NCBI GenBank assembly: GCA_030390025.1
Contig: CM059433.1
Location: 27,840,001 to 27,904,000, forward strand
Origin: Squalus acanthias
Lineage: Eukaryota
DNA length: 64,000 bases
Direction: 5' to 3'
Positions 1 to 12,719 of the stretch are shown here, in pieces. Both the position numbers and the translations under genes were made by a program. How positions within the stretch are numbered: the first letter of the stretch is position 1; each line of letters opens with the position of its first letter. The notes beneath the pieces were generated by a model, which was given only the letters and a program-made list of their open reading frames with translations, was not told where the DNA came from and did not search any database.

Positions 1-628
1 GGATTGGTGCCATTTTACCTTCACAGGTGAAGGCTTCCTGACCTCGGAGAACCCCGCCGGGTTGGAGGAGACGTGGAGGGGGTCTGCGGCGGTCGGAGGC
101 ACCTGGAAGTAAGGTGTAGAGGTGAGTGATGGGTGCAAGTGTGGAGTGGTAAGTATGCAAGGTGAATGATAAGTTTTAAAAAGTGTTCACTTACCTTGTT
201 TTCTTCCTACAGCCTTCAGCCGCGCTGGATCGGGAGAGCCGACATTCTCCTTGTCAATTTCACAGACTGGCTGTTGGAACCTCCGTACCAACAGCCATGT
301 GAAATTTACAAAGTTGAAAGGTTTGATGAGTCCTGAACATAAGGAATCATCAAACTAAAGAGAATGTCAGTGTTTGACAGCTTCACAGAGCTGTCAAACG
401 CTGACATTTTTTCTTTCAAGAAGTCTTAACAGATAGCACGTCTGACATTGAGGTGCTCTGTCAGTGACTTCCTCCCTAATTGGCCCGCTGAGCCCGCAGG
501 GCGGGCTTAACAAGGTCAATCAGGGGAAAATTCCTCTGGTTGGTCAGGCGAGGATGGAAGCGGGACATTGACACGACAAGCAGCTGTCCCGCCTCCAACT
601 CGCCTCCATTCACAAAATCCAGCCCCAG
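1..628. repeat. Unclassified interspersed repeat, probably the right end of a TIR-bounded DNA element
   Basis: GC-richer than the flank and ends in caaaatccagcccc, similar to the terminal motif of the element at 39024-39773. Confidence 0.35.
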
Positions 629-818
629 GAATCCATTGCTTTAATTTCAAGACCAATAATTTATTTTAATGTAAAATTTATATTCTTCCTCCTCCCTCCC
701 CCTCTACTTCAATCCCTGCTTCTTTGTATCTAAATTTCACTGGTGTGAAAACATATTTCGTGCAGTAGCTCACTTAACCCTTCTGGTCATCATGCACTTC
801 ATCAGTAACAGGATGAGG

Positions 819-1174
819 CTGGCTTGCCAACCCTCCAGGATTGTCCTGGAGTCTCCAGGAGTTAAAAAAAATCCTGGAGATTAATTTTGGTCATTTTCTT
901 TAAACACTTTTGTTTATTAATTCAAAAAACATTGGAAATGGGGGTGGGTAAAAATGCTAAGATTCATCTAATCGAGTTACAAAGAATCTATTCGCTTTCT
1001 AATCAGTGTGGGAAGGCGGGCGTCATGAGGCTGAACGTGCAATGGTGGGTGTGTGTGAAGACGTTGCATCATGTGGATGGACGGCCAATGCGGGGGGGGG
1101 GGCAGTCAAGTCAGAGGAAGGAGGTCATGTGATGACACTGCCAAGAATACATCCAATCAGAGTTGGTAACCTGA
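819..1174 (+). mobile_element. hAT-like MITE, degenerate copy
   Basis: Homologous to 18053-18327; degenerate TIRs (ggcttgccaac / gttggtaacc); flanks ggatgagg and ggatgacc match 6/8. Confidence 0.7.
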
Positions 1175-1563
1175 GGATGACCCCCAAAACTGACCACAGC
1201 TAATTCAGTCAAGCATCACTTTCTGACAGTGAGAACAACCCAACCAGGAGCCCAACTATGAAAGTGCACCCATCACCCAATTGAACGACACAAGTTCCAC
1301 CACAATGACAATCATAGAATGATAAAGCTCAGAAGGCGGCCATTCGGTCCATTGTGCCAATGGAGCTGTAAAAAAGAACTTTCAACTAACTAACTAGTTG
1401 GCAGTGGCGAAAAGAGAGCACTAGATCAACAAGGGACATTTACAACTCCGTTTCCTGAGGCACCACCAGGACCGTTTAGATGACCTTTCCCCCCCACAGC
1501 TTTCTTGTTTCTATGGCACAAGAGGTAGTTTTACCCACGACTCCAGGATAGTCAGTCGTTCAC

Positions 1564-1614
1564 CGTGTAGGTAACCCACGGTACGTGCATTAACTTTTCC
1601 AACCCCACCATCAT
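1564..1614 (-). CDS. Tentative 51-bp symmetric (phase 1-1) linker exon (DDGGVGKVNARTVGYLH)
   Basis: aag acceptor, G|GTGAAC donor, open in the frame set by the previous exon; position is where MACF1/DST have a short linker exon. Splice sites are weak. Confidence 0.35.
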
Positions 1615-1929
1615 CTTTGTAGACAAATTAACCTCAAAACAGGCATATTAAAATGGAGTACTGAATTTATACTACGTGGCTATTTGAAATATTAACAGGA
1701 AAAATGAACTGATTTCTTGACTTGTTGTAACACTGCTTCAATACTACAAGATAAGCAAACCCAGCTTTCAAAAATGATTAAGGCAGTAATGAACTAGGAA
1801 TACATGAAATTTGGGATTTTTCCACAGAATTGGTCAACAGGTTACATTAATGGTAGCCTCAAGCATCATTCCATCCATTGTATTAACTTCTAACATGCGT
1901 GAAATTCAGAAGTGTACACTGAATGTTGT

Positions 1930-2370
1930 GGACAAACAGAGAGATCTAGGAGTTCAAATACATAATTCCCTGAAAGTGCGAGTGGAGGGAGATAAACCTA
2001 TTAAAAAGGCAACAGTTCGGGTTTTATAAGAGTGAAGAGGTAGAGATCAATTTATACAAAACACTGGTTAGACCACAGCGTACTGTGTGCAGTTTTTGGC
2101 ACCCCATTCGAGAAAGGACATTAAACCATAGTACGGATTCACCAGGAGGATGCCAGGGATGGGAAACTATAGTTTTGAGGAGAGACCCATATAAATTGAG
2201 GCAAATAGAATTGATGCATTTAAGGGGAATCTAGATAAGCACAAGGGAGAAAGGAGTAGAAGGATATGCTGATAGGGTGAGATGAAGAGGGGTGGGAGGA
2301 GGCGCATGTGGAGTATAAACACTGGCATAGACCAGTTGGGCCGAATGTCCTGTTTCCACGCTGTCAATTC
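1930..2370 (+). mobile_element. Decayed CR1 LINE 3' fragment
   Basis: Remnants of QRDLGVQIHNSLK and YKTLVRP followed by the CR1-type 3' UTR seen in other copies here. Confidence 0.75.
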
Positions 2371-2867
2371 GAAGATAATCGATGTTAAGTCGACATTAAA
2401 CACATCATATTTTGATATTGTAACAACAGAACTTGGACAGTTTGGATTTTGTTATCGAACCATTTCCTTACTAACAGTAAAGCTGCCAGAAAACCCACAT
2501 TCATCATTTCATTGCAAGATTGGACCGTAGTCAAGTTATGCAACTTGAGAAATGGTTTCCTCACCTTTGGAATCGCAGACACCAGAGACTGCTCCCTCAC
2601 CGTTCACCACTTGTGTGCCTACAGTCCAATACATTGGGCAAAGAAAACCTGTTAGTTGCATCAAACACAAAGTCAAGACTCATTTAAAGTTCTCTCCACT
2701 CCCTTCCGGACAAATGAAACTCTGCAAAAGGCTTTGAACAAATAGATTCACTCTAAAAAGGCAGAGAATGGGTTCTCAAAACCTGTCAAAATGATTCAGG
2801 TTAGATATTTCTAAAGGGGTTACCATAACCTTCAGCAACTTAAGTTAGAGCACCAAGTGATACTGGG

Positions 2868-5235
2868 AAATAGGAACAGGAGGAGGCCATTCATCCCATC
2901 GAGCCTGTTCCGCCATTCAATTAGACTTAACTCCATCTACCCACCTTGGTTCCGTAACCCTTAATGCCCTAACCGAACAAAAATCTATCAATCTCAGTGT
3001 TGAAATTTCCAATTGACCCCCAGCCTCAATAGCTTTTTGGGGGAGAAAGTTCCGGATTTCCACTACCCTTTGTGTGAAGATGTGCTTCCTGACATGAAAA
3101 ATTCTTGGCAAGTAAAATCAAGGAAAACCCAAAGATGTTTTATAAATATATTAAGAGTAAGAGGACAACTAAAGAAGGGGTAGGGCCTATTCGAGATCAT
3201 GAGGGTAATCTGTATGTGGAGGCGGGAGACGTCGGTAGGGTTCTTAATGAATACTTTACATCTGTTTTCACAAAGGAGAGGGGCGAAGCAGACATTGCTA
3301 TCGGGGGAGACGAGTGTGAAATATTAGATGAAATAAACACAGTGAGAGAGGAAGTATTAAGGGGTTTAGCAGCTTTAAAAGTGGATAAATCCCCAGGCCC
3401 AGATGAAATGTATCCCAGGCTGGTAAGCGAAGCAAAAGAGGAAATAGCAGAGGCCCTGACCATCATTTTTCAATCCTCTCTGGCTTCAGGTGTGGTGCCG
3501 GAGGACTGCTAATGTGGTACCCTTGTTTAAAAAGGGAGAAAAGGATAGACCGAGTAATTACAGGCCAGTCAGCCTAACCTCAGTGGTGGGAAAATTATTG
3601 GAAAGAATTCTGAAGGTCAGGATAAATCTTCATTTAGAAAGACACAGATTAATCAAGGATAGTCAGCACGGATTTGTTAAGGGAGGTTGTGTCTGACAAA
3701 CTTGATTGAATTTTTTGAGGAGGTAACAAGGAGGGGAGATGAGGATAGTGCATTTGATGTAGTGTATATGGACTTTAGCAAGGCTTTTGATAAGGTTCTA
3801 CATGGCAGACTGATCATGAAGTTAAATGCCCATGGGATCCAGGGCAAAGTGTCAAGTTGGATTCAAAACTGGCTCGGAGACAGGAAGCAGAGGGTAATGG
3901 TTAATGGGTGTTTTTGCGACTGGAAGGCTGTTTCCAGTGGGGTTCTGCAGGGCTCAGTACTAGGTCCCTTGCTTTTTGTGGTATATATCAACGATCTTGA
4001 CTTGAATATAGGGGGTATGATTAAGAAGTTTGCAGATGATACTAAAATCGGCAGTGTGGTTGATACTGAAGAAGGAAGCTGTAGACTGCAGGAAGATATC
4101 AATAAATTGGTCAGGTGGGCAGAACAGTGGCAAATGGAATTCAATCCAGAGAAGTGTGAGGTAACGCATTTGGGGAGGGCCAACAAGGAAAGGGAATACA
4201 CATTAAATGGTAGGACACTGAGTAGTGTAGAGGAACAAAGGAACCTTGGAGTGCATGTCCACAGATCCCTGAAGGTAGCAGGCCAAGTAGATAAGGTGGA
4301 TAAGAAGGCATACGGAATGCTTGCCTTTATTAGCCGTGGCATAGAATACAAGAGCAGGGGGGTTATGCTTCAACTGTATAAAACACTGGTTAGGCCTCAG
4401 CTAGAGTACTGCGTGCAGTTCTGGTCACCACATTACAGGAAAGATGTGATTGCACGAGAGAGGGTACAGAGGAGATTTACAAGGATGTTGCCAGGGAGTA
4501 GAGAATCTTAGCTATGAGGAAAGACTGGATAGGCTGGGTCTGTTTTCCTTGGAACAGAGGAGGCTAAGGGGAGACCTTATTGAGGTGTACAAAATTATGA
4601 GGGGCCTAGATAAAGTGGATAGAAAGGACCGATTTCCCTTAGCAGAGGGGTCAAAAACCAGGGGGCACAGATTTAAAGTAATTGGGGGAAGGTTTAGAGG
4701 GGATTTGAGGGGAAATTTCTTCACCCAGAGGGTTGTGGGGGTCTGGAACTCACTGCCTGAAAGGGTGGTAGAGGCAGAAACCCTAACCACATTTAAAAAG
4801 TACTTGGATGTGCACTTGGGATGCTCTAACCTGCAGGGCTACGGACCTAGAGCTGGGAAGTGGGATTAGGCGGGATAGCTCTTTGTTGGCCGGCACGGAC
4901 ACGATGCGCCGAAATGGCCCCCTTCCGTGCTGTAACTTTCTATGATGACCCCTGAACGGCCTAGCTCTAATTTTAAGGTTATGCCCCCTTGTTCTGGACT
5001 CTCCCACCAGAGGAAATAGGTTCTCGCTATCTGCCCTATCAAATCATCTTAAAACAACTCAATTGGATCGTCCCTTAATCTTCGATACTCAAGGGAATAC
5101 AAGCAACCTGTTCTCATAATCTAACCATTTTAGACCCGGTATCATGCTGATGAATCTGCGCTGCGCATCCTCTTCAAGGCCAATATATCCTTCTTGAGGT
5201 GTACTGCCCAGAACTGAACGCAGTACTCTAAATAG
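2868..5235 (-). mobile_element. Older CR1 3' fragment, split into about 2868-3097 and 4945-5235 by a younger CR1 insertion
   Basis: The halves rejoin as cttcctgacatga|cccctgaa, matching the uninterrupted copy at about 47790-47810. Confidence 0.8.
3098..4944 (+). mobile_element. 5'-truncated CR1 LINE, frameshifted ORF2 reverse transcriptase plus 3' UTR
   Basis: ORFs 3105-3512, 3490-3696, 3687-4511 and 4450-4869 carry KSPGPD, NYRPVSLTS, DFSKAFD, QGSVLGP, KFADDTK and RRLRGDLIEVYK. Confidence 0.95.
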
Positions 5236-6576
5236 GTTTATTTTAAACTGTTTACTGTTTTCTTAAAGTGACAAACAGCAGAGCATTGTACCAATGGGTT
5301 TAACAGGTTCAGTACTAATATCACGCCATGCTATTCCAGCCCATGACCTCACAGTTATTGACATCCATGTTTGGAATTCAGAAAGGGGCTTTAAAAGGCT
5401 CCAGCACCTATGGCAAGTTTCATACATTCCCAGCTGTCCACAGTTGCTGAAACACTGTAGTCTTGCACAGTGACTAATTTTACTTGTCACCTGAGGGCCA
5501 TTAGCCCAATAGGCCTCTCTCTTTTTGCCTCATTGTCCCATCATATTGCTCACTCCCAGCTCTCCAGTAATATATCTGATTATATCTTTAGCACATTTGT
5601 ACTATCCACTTGACTTGCTGTCCTGGTAACCCATTCCACAATCCTACCATCCTTTGGGTAAAACACTTCTGCCTCATTTCCCCCGTCACTCCTAAGTTTT
5701 AAACTGTGTATCCACTTCCGTAAGTTTGCTGCACGGCCTCTTATTTGAAACTGCAGTTTACCAAAACTATGTCCTTATTGCTTATAATAAGTTTCTTCAG
5801 CTTAACAGCCTTCCACCAGAAGGAAGGTCATCTGTGAAAATATCACCCAGTTAAATCTTCTGATTACACAGCAACAGCAGCAGCCCATGTAGCTCTTGGT
5901 CAGTTCACATAAAAGATCATTCTACAGAAAGAATATCGTTAAATATGAAGCCATGAAAAGGGAGCAGAATTACAAAAACATTCAAGGAAAACCCTGACGA
6001 ATTAAGCTTTTATATTTTATGCTAAATCACAAGGATATTTGTGTTACAGTAATGACTCATTTCAACATTTAATTAAAACTTTAGCTTTCTTTTTAAATTG
6101 AACTACAGCAGCTCATTAAACCAACAACCCGTGAAATTAAAAAGCTAAAGAAAATATGTTTAATATCAGTATTGCACTGAAATTCTGGGAATTCTGCCTA
6201 GAAACATCATTCAGTTAAATATATGGGCTTATTGACTGGCAGATAGTGGCACGCAGGTCCAACTGGAGATGGTGTGGATTTATGGCATTCCTATAAATCT
6301 ATTACGAGCAGGTATGGCAAGAAGCCGTTTCCAACACTTCATACACCAGTGACTGAAATTTGTCAAAATACCCTATTTTGCAACCTGCTGGTCTGGTATA
6401 CAAAAATAAAACTGTAATCTGGTTGAAAATTCCCACGAACAATCTTCATTCCAGTCATCAATCACTGAGTTGCAGCTAATAAGTAATTTAGATATTTAAA
6501 AAAGGGATCTGGGCCTCTTAAAATGTCGCGTCAGAACAATGCACACAAAATTCAGCCGAGAGTGTAGACCATTTAC

Positions 6577-6703
6577 CTGATTTTAACGTTGTCCTCGAAT
6601 GGGCTGGAGAAGTCAGCATCTTGATCAGGTGACATAAAGCCGATCCTTTCTGATTAACTTCCTGAACCTCAGAGGCTTTCGACGACCAGTCATCGAGCAT
6701 GAC
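6577..6703 (-). CDS. MACF1: Spectrin-repeat exon, 127 bp, phase 0-1 (VMLDDWSSKASEVQEVNQKGSALCHLI...LKS)
   Basis: tag acceptor, AG|GTAAAT donor; within ORF 6518..6700. Confidence 0.9.
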
Positions 6704-7259
6704 CTAAATAAATACAATTTTTCATGTTTTAACATAACCTTGCTGCGTAAATGATGTAACTCTCTCGTGCAACAAAAAAACTGAATAAGAGGAGCAATAA
6801 AATCCGGCCTGCATTTCTCATCCTTGCAGCTCCCTCTTTGGTAAAGATGAACACCGAAGAGTTAAATCACAGTTTCTTCACAAAGCTAACAGGGTGATTA
6901 ATAGTTAGTGTCCCGATAGCAGACTTCTCCCACAATTTTCCTATGTGGTCACAGAAAGGATTTACACACCAGAGAAAGGTCGCCAATATATAAAACCTCA
7001 CTACATAGTAAAGGAATGCAATTGTTACATCCTATGGAAACTGGAAAACTTCCTTACAGCTCACAGAAGGAGGCCATTCGGCCCATCATGCCTGTGCCGG
7101 CTCTTAGAAAGAGCTATCCAATTCGTCCCACTCCCTTGCTCTTCCCCCATAGCCCTGCAAATATTTCCTTTTCAAGTATACATCCAATTCGTTTTCAAAG
7201 TTACTATTGAATCTGCCTCCACTCACCAATGTCACTTCCACAATGGGCCCCATGCTTTT

Positions 7260-9627
7260 AAACAACAACAACAACTTGTATTTACGTAGTACCTTTAACG
7301 TAGTAAAACATCGCAAGACGCTTCACAGGAGCGTTATAAAACAAAATTTGACACTGAGCCACATAAGGAGAAATGAGGGCAGATGACCAATAGCTTTGTC
7401 AAAGAGGTAGGTTTTAAGGAGCGTCTTTCTTCGACGTGAGTCTTTAGAAGACTCTGTCTTCGACGCGAGTGTCCTCAACTCCATCCCGCAGCATGCTACC
7501 CACCACCACCTCAGCACAGCCCCAGCCCGGCATGAGGTTGAAAAGGCCATCTGACAACTGAAGAACAACAACAAGGTCTCAGGAGCAGATGGAATCCCTG
7601 CGGAGGCACTAAAGCATGGCGGAGAAGAACTACTGGTGCGAATTCATGAACTCATTTCTCTTATCTGGAAGGAGGAGAGCATGCCAGGGGATCTCAGAGA
7701 CGCCGTAATTGTGACCATCTTCAAGAAAGGTGACAAGTCCGATTGAGGTAATTACAGAGGAGTTTCCCTGCTGTCTGCCACAGGGAAAGTGATCGCAAGA
7801 ATCCTTCTCAATCACCTTCTCCCAGTGGCTGAAGAGCTCCTCCCAGCATCGCAATGCGGATTCCGCCCACTAAGGGGCACAATGGACATGATCTTCACCG
7901 CGCGTCAATTAGAAGAGAAATGCAGTGAACAGCACCAACCGCTGTACATGGCCTTCTTTGACCTCATAAAGGCCTTCGACACTGTCAACCGTGAGGGATC
8001 ATGGAGTGTCGTCCTCAAATTCGGCTGCCCTCAAAAGTTTGTCACCATCCTCCGCCTGCTTCACGATGACATGCAAGCAGTGATTCTGACCAACGGTTCC
8101 ACCACAGACCCAATTCACGTAGGGACCGGGGTCAAGCAAGGCTGTGTCATCGCACCAACGCTCTTCTCGATCTTCCTTGCTGCAATGCTCCATCTCACCC
8201 TCAGTAAGCTCCCCACTGGAGTGGAGCTAATTTACAGAACTAGCGGGAAACTGTTCAACCTCCATTGCCTCCAGTCCAGATCCAAAGTCGTCCCATTCTC
8301 TGTCATCGAATTACAGTATGCAGACGACGCTTGCGTCTGCGCACACTCGGAGGTCGAACTCCAAACCATCGTCAACAACTTCACCGAAGCGTACGAGAGC
8401 ATGGGCCTTACACTAAACATCCGTAAGACAAAGGTCCTCTACCAACCTGCCCCCGCCACACAGTACTGCCCCGGTTATCAAAATCCACGACAAGGCCTTG
8501 GACAACGTGAACCACTTTCCATGCCTCGGGAGCCTACTGTCAACAAGGGCAGACGTCAATGACGAAGTCCAACATCGCCTTCAGTGTGCCAGTGCAGCCT
8601 TCGGTCGCCTGAGGAAGAGAGCGTTTGAAGACCAGGACCTCAAAACCGGCACCAAGCTCATGGTCTACAGAGCAGCAGTGATACCCACCCTCCTGTATGC
8701 CTCAGAGACATGGACCATGTACAGCAGACACCTCAAAGCACCAACGCTGCCTCCACAAGATCCTGCAAATCCATTGGCAGGATAGGTGCACCAACGTCAG
8801 TGTTCTCGCTCAGGCCAACATCCCCAGCATCGAAGCTTTGACTACGCTCGATCAGCTCCGATGGAGGGGTCACATCGTCCGCATGCCCGATACGAGACTC
8901 CCAAAACAAGCGCTCTATTCGGAGCTCCGACACGGCACGAGAGCCCCAGGTGGGCAGAGGAAACGCTTCAAGGAGACCCTCAAAGCCTGCTTGAAAAAGT
9001 GCAACATCCCCACTGACACCTGGGAATCCTGGCCCAAGACCGCACAAAGTGGAGGAGAAGCATCTGGGAAGGCGCCGAACACCTCGAGTCTCTTCGCCAG
9101 GAGCAAGCGGAAGCCAAGCGCAAGCAGCGCACGTCAACCCAAGCACCCCACCCACCCGCCGGCCCCTTCAACCACCGTCTGCCCCACCTGTGACAGAGAC
9201 TGTAGGTCCCGCATTGGACTCATCAGTCACCTGAGAACTCATTTTTAATGTGGAAGCAAGTCATCCTCGGTTCCAAGAGACTGCCTAAGAAAAGGAGGAA
9301 AAGAGAGGTAGAGAAGTTCAGGGAGGGAATTCCAGAGCTTAGGGCCTCGGCAGCTGAAGGCATGGCCACCAACGGAGAACGATTAAAATCAGGGATGCTC
9401 AAGAGGCTAGAATTAGCGGAGCGCAGATATCTCAGGGGGATGTGGGGCTGGAGGAAATTACAGTGATAAGGAGGGGCGAGGCCATGGAGGGATTTGAAAA
9501 CAAGGATGAGAATTTTAAAATTGAGGCGTTGCTTAACGGGGAGACAATGTAGGTCAGCGAGCACAGGGGTGATGGGTGAACGGGACTCAGTGTGAGTTAG
9601 GACACGGGTAGCCGAGTTTTGGATCAT
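7260..9627 (-). mobile_element. L2 LINE 3' fragment, split into about 7260-7427 and 9291-9627 by an RTE insertion
   Basis: (AAC)n tail at the left end; the halves rejoin as ggagcgtctt|aaaggagga, as in the intact copy at 38033-38487; IQNSATRVLT...ITPVLADLH...FKIL peptide. Confidence 0.85.
7428..9290 (+). mobile_element. 5'-truncated RTE-clade LINE (reverse transcriptase plus C-terminal C2H2 finger), frameshifted
   Basis: SQCGFR, FDLIKAFDTV, GVKQGCVIAPTLF, LQYADD, LLYASETW, QLRWRGHIVRM and CPTCDRDCRSRIGLISHLRTH across ORFs 7789-8562, 8498-8785 and 8697-9248. Confidence 0.92.
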
Positions 9628-9998
9628 GTTTAAAATCATGTTTGGTGGTGATACATGATTGATTCCATATGAATGCTTTATATACATGTTGTCTATTCTG
9701 CTTCACGTTCACCATCTCACTTCTAAAACCAGCAGAACCTCTTTTGTGGGCCAACAATAAACACTAGGGCTGCGTTTGCACCACAGCTACTGATCTGAGA
9801 CCGAGTATCAAATTCAGCCAGGCTGTACCTCATCTACACCGCCTGATCCCAGATGACAATTTTCCCACCTTAGAAAGAGCGCTGGGTGCACAGAAACGCC
9901 CTCAATCCCACCGTTACATTTTTGAAAGCACTGGTGAAAGCATCCATACGAGATCTAGGCAAGTTTCCAATGGACCGCCAGAGCAGGATTTTTTGCCA

Positions 9999-10275
9999 CG
10001 GGCCTCTTGTGCATCCCCGATCTCCATCGCTCCACCACTGGCGGCCGTGCCTTCAGCTGCCTCGGCCCCAAGCTCTGGAATTCCCTCCCTAAACCTCTCC
10101 GCCTCTCCATCTCTCCTCCTTTAAGGCGCTCCTCAAAACCTACCTCTTTGACCAAGCTTTTGGTCACCTGTCTCTATGTGGCTCGGTGTCAAATTTTGTT
10201 TGATATTGCTCCTGTGAAGCGCCTTGGGATGTTTTACTATGTTAAAAGACGCTATATAAATGCAAGTTGTTGTTG
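9999..10275 (+). mobile_element. L2 LINE 3' end
   Basis: GGRAFSCLGPKLWNSLP followed by the tail ataaatgcaagttgttgttg. Confidence 0.85.
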
Positions 10276-10654
10276 GTTTTTAAACCGAGTTCATACCAAG
10301 TTATACTCCATGTAGCGTGAAGCCAAGCATTGAGAGACTGCCTTTTCCAAGGGTATTCACACCATTCCAATCCAAAACACCGGCTGGAGCCAAATCCGGA
10401 GCTGGACTTCACTATAATGTTGCAGTATAAGTGTAGCCTAGGACACATGCACTTCAAATAATAATTTTCCTTCCCGTATTGATACAAATGAGCACAGAAT
10501 CATTAAGTAACTGGCGGCTTACCAGAGAGACAATATATGAAGAATCCAGGGATAAGTATGGGTTGTCTTTACAGAATATTGGTTAAACTCCTTCACTGAT
10601 AAAATTATTACTAATTCTTAAAGTACAAAGTATTTAGCAGCCGAGATGCCTCAC

Positions 10655-10810
10655 CTGAACAGTGGACAAATGTCCCTGAAGAGTTTCTGTTGTTAGGCTT
10701 GGCTCTATAATTGGAATCCTTGCGTTCATCCCATCCACCCACTTTCTTAACAACATCAGCAAGTTTTAAATTGATCCGTCTGACGTTGACAACAGAATAC
10801 TTCTTCCTCT
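10655..10810 (-). CDS. MACF1: Spectrin-repeat exon carrying an apparent 1-bp deletion (156 bp where 157 is needed): EEEVFCCQRQTDQFK / LLMLLRKWVDGMNARIPIIEPSL...STVQ
   Basis: ttgcag acceptor and CAG|GTGAGG donor; the two homologous halves are in different frames, joined at an A4 run (plus-strand tttt, 10764-10767). Confidence 0.82.
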
Positions 10811-11509
10811 CTGCAAATCAAAAATAGAGGGAAAATGAGTGAGCAGGGATAGAAAGTTGAATATGTCACAGCTTTTGGGACCAGTGCATTTCCCACCTAT
10901 ATTTGGTCTATACGAATGGAGGGTTGTAGTGTTCTTTGAACCAATCAAATCCCAGAGCCATTTAACCAGGGACTAAACAGATGCTTGACCTCTATATGTA
11001 ACATCATTTCTGACTGGTTTAATCAACGACATTCTAACAAAAGATTTTTCGCCATACAACTGCCATGAAAGTTAGCCAATTTTCTCAGTTAGACCTCTGC
11101 TCCACTCCAATGGACATCGTCACTGCCCATCACTGTCCTCAGCTCATCCACTGTGGCCTGGGAGCAATAGCAATACTGCATTCCCTCATCACACATTCTC
11201 TGCTGAACCGGAAGGGAGCAGTACTGCAGGATGTGAGTAGTGCGGTCAGGAGCTGGAGACAGTGGGGATGCCTACATCTTCAGTGGAGTGGGGCTTGTAG
11301 CTAGACTGAGCGGAGTTTTGGCACAAATGAAGGGGGACGTGTCATAGCAATTTTATGGGAAGGCAGGACGTTGGGGTCAACCCATGAACTGGAATGCAGT
11401 GGGAGTAGGACGGACAGACGCCCCAGTTCACGGTAGACACAAGATCATTTCTACAGCTCTTAGAAGGTCCCAAGTTTGCTCCAGGGTTCCATGCGATGTG
11501 AGAAGAAAA

Positions 11510-11640
11510 GACAGAGAGACAAAGACCTAGCGAGAGAAGCAACATATGTGAGAGACAGATAGACAAAGACCTAGCGAGAGAAGCAACATGTGTGAGAGAC
11601 AGATAGACAGACCTATATTGAGAGAAGCAACGTCTGAGAG
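11510..11640. repeat. Tandem repeat, 44-bp unit, about 3 copies, followed by an AG-rich tract
   Basis: aaagacctagcgagagaagcaaca(t)atgtgagagacagatagac starts at 11521 and 11565, with a degenerate third copy. Confidence 0.85.
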
Positions 11641-12719
11641 GCATAGGGACAAGATGGGAAAAATACAGGAGAAAAGATATAGCGATGCAGAGAAAAAGGG
11701 AGAAAAAGATAGTTAAGAAATCAGACAGAGATGTCAAGAGAAAGCGATTAGAAAACAATTGGAAGACAGGGGACATTGTGACTTAGAGAAAAAGGGAAAG
11801 AAAAACTGAGAAGATGAGAAAAAGTGCATGAAGGGGAGGGGCGTGAAGACAAAGTGGAGAGGAGAGAAAAAAAGAGTGGGACGATGGGGAATAGCACCAT
11901 GAGAAATCAAATTGTTCTAGCATAAAAAGGCCCATTCTCCAACATATAGTGTTACCCTCAGTGTCATATTTCAGAATATTGTAAAAGCTTCAGCTAAAAT
12001 CTCATTTGCCAAGTGTAAGAATGTAGGAAGGAACTTTCCTGTAACCCATCAGCCAGAATCTCAGGAGTAATGTCCAAGACCACTGTATCATGTGGTTTCT
12101 GATACACTGGAATTGGAATGCAGTAGTCATACAGTTTTCCACTAATTAATCACACCGAACCTTTATGGGGAAAAAAAATGAGGTCAACTTTTCTTAATCC
12201 TTCTCATTTAGTTATAGGGGATGTGAGTTGGCCAAAACTACCGAATCAGGAGGCAGACCGTTGGCGAGGCCTGAAAGACTCCAATCCATCAGTTAAATGA
12301 GGGTTTGATGGATTCAAACCTCATAAGTAAGAAGAGCATGGCGTATGTTCCGCACTTTCCTCAGGCCCGATTGGTTACGCTCATTCCTGCGTGTTTTATG
12401 CCGGTTTTTTACGTTCTGCCACCTGCTAATGAGAGTCTCAAAAAATTTTGGCAAAAATTGCCATCGGCAAGATTGACGTAGAAACCGGCCTAAATTTCTG
12501 CGCAAGTTGGACTGAGGAAATTCTGACCCAACGTTTAAAATATTCAGCAGTCCAGAAACCTTCACCTGAATATTTAATACGGGGAACAAAGAAAATTTCA
12601 GTGTATTCAACGAATTGTTAGGATTGGGGGGAGGGCAGAGCCAAAGACAAAAAAGAAAGTGATAAAGAAAAATTATGGAGTGGGGGGTGGGGGAAAGAGG
12701 AGGAAGAATATGGGAATCT

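Noticed and set aside
185..215. Splice-like motifs (cttacctt; ttttcttcctacag)
   Set aside because: They lie inside a probable interspersed repeat, and I found no spectraplakin-like reading frame next to them.
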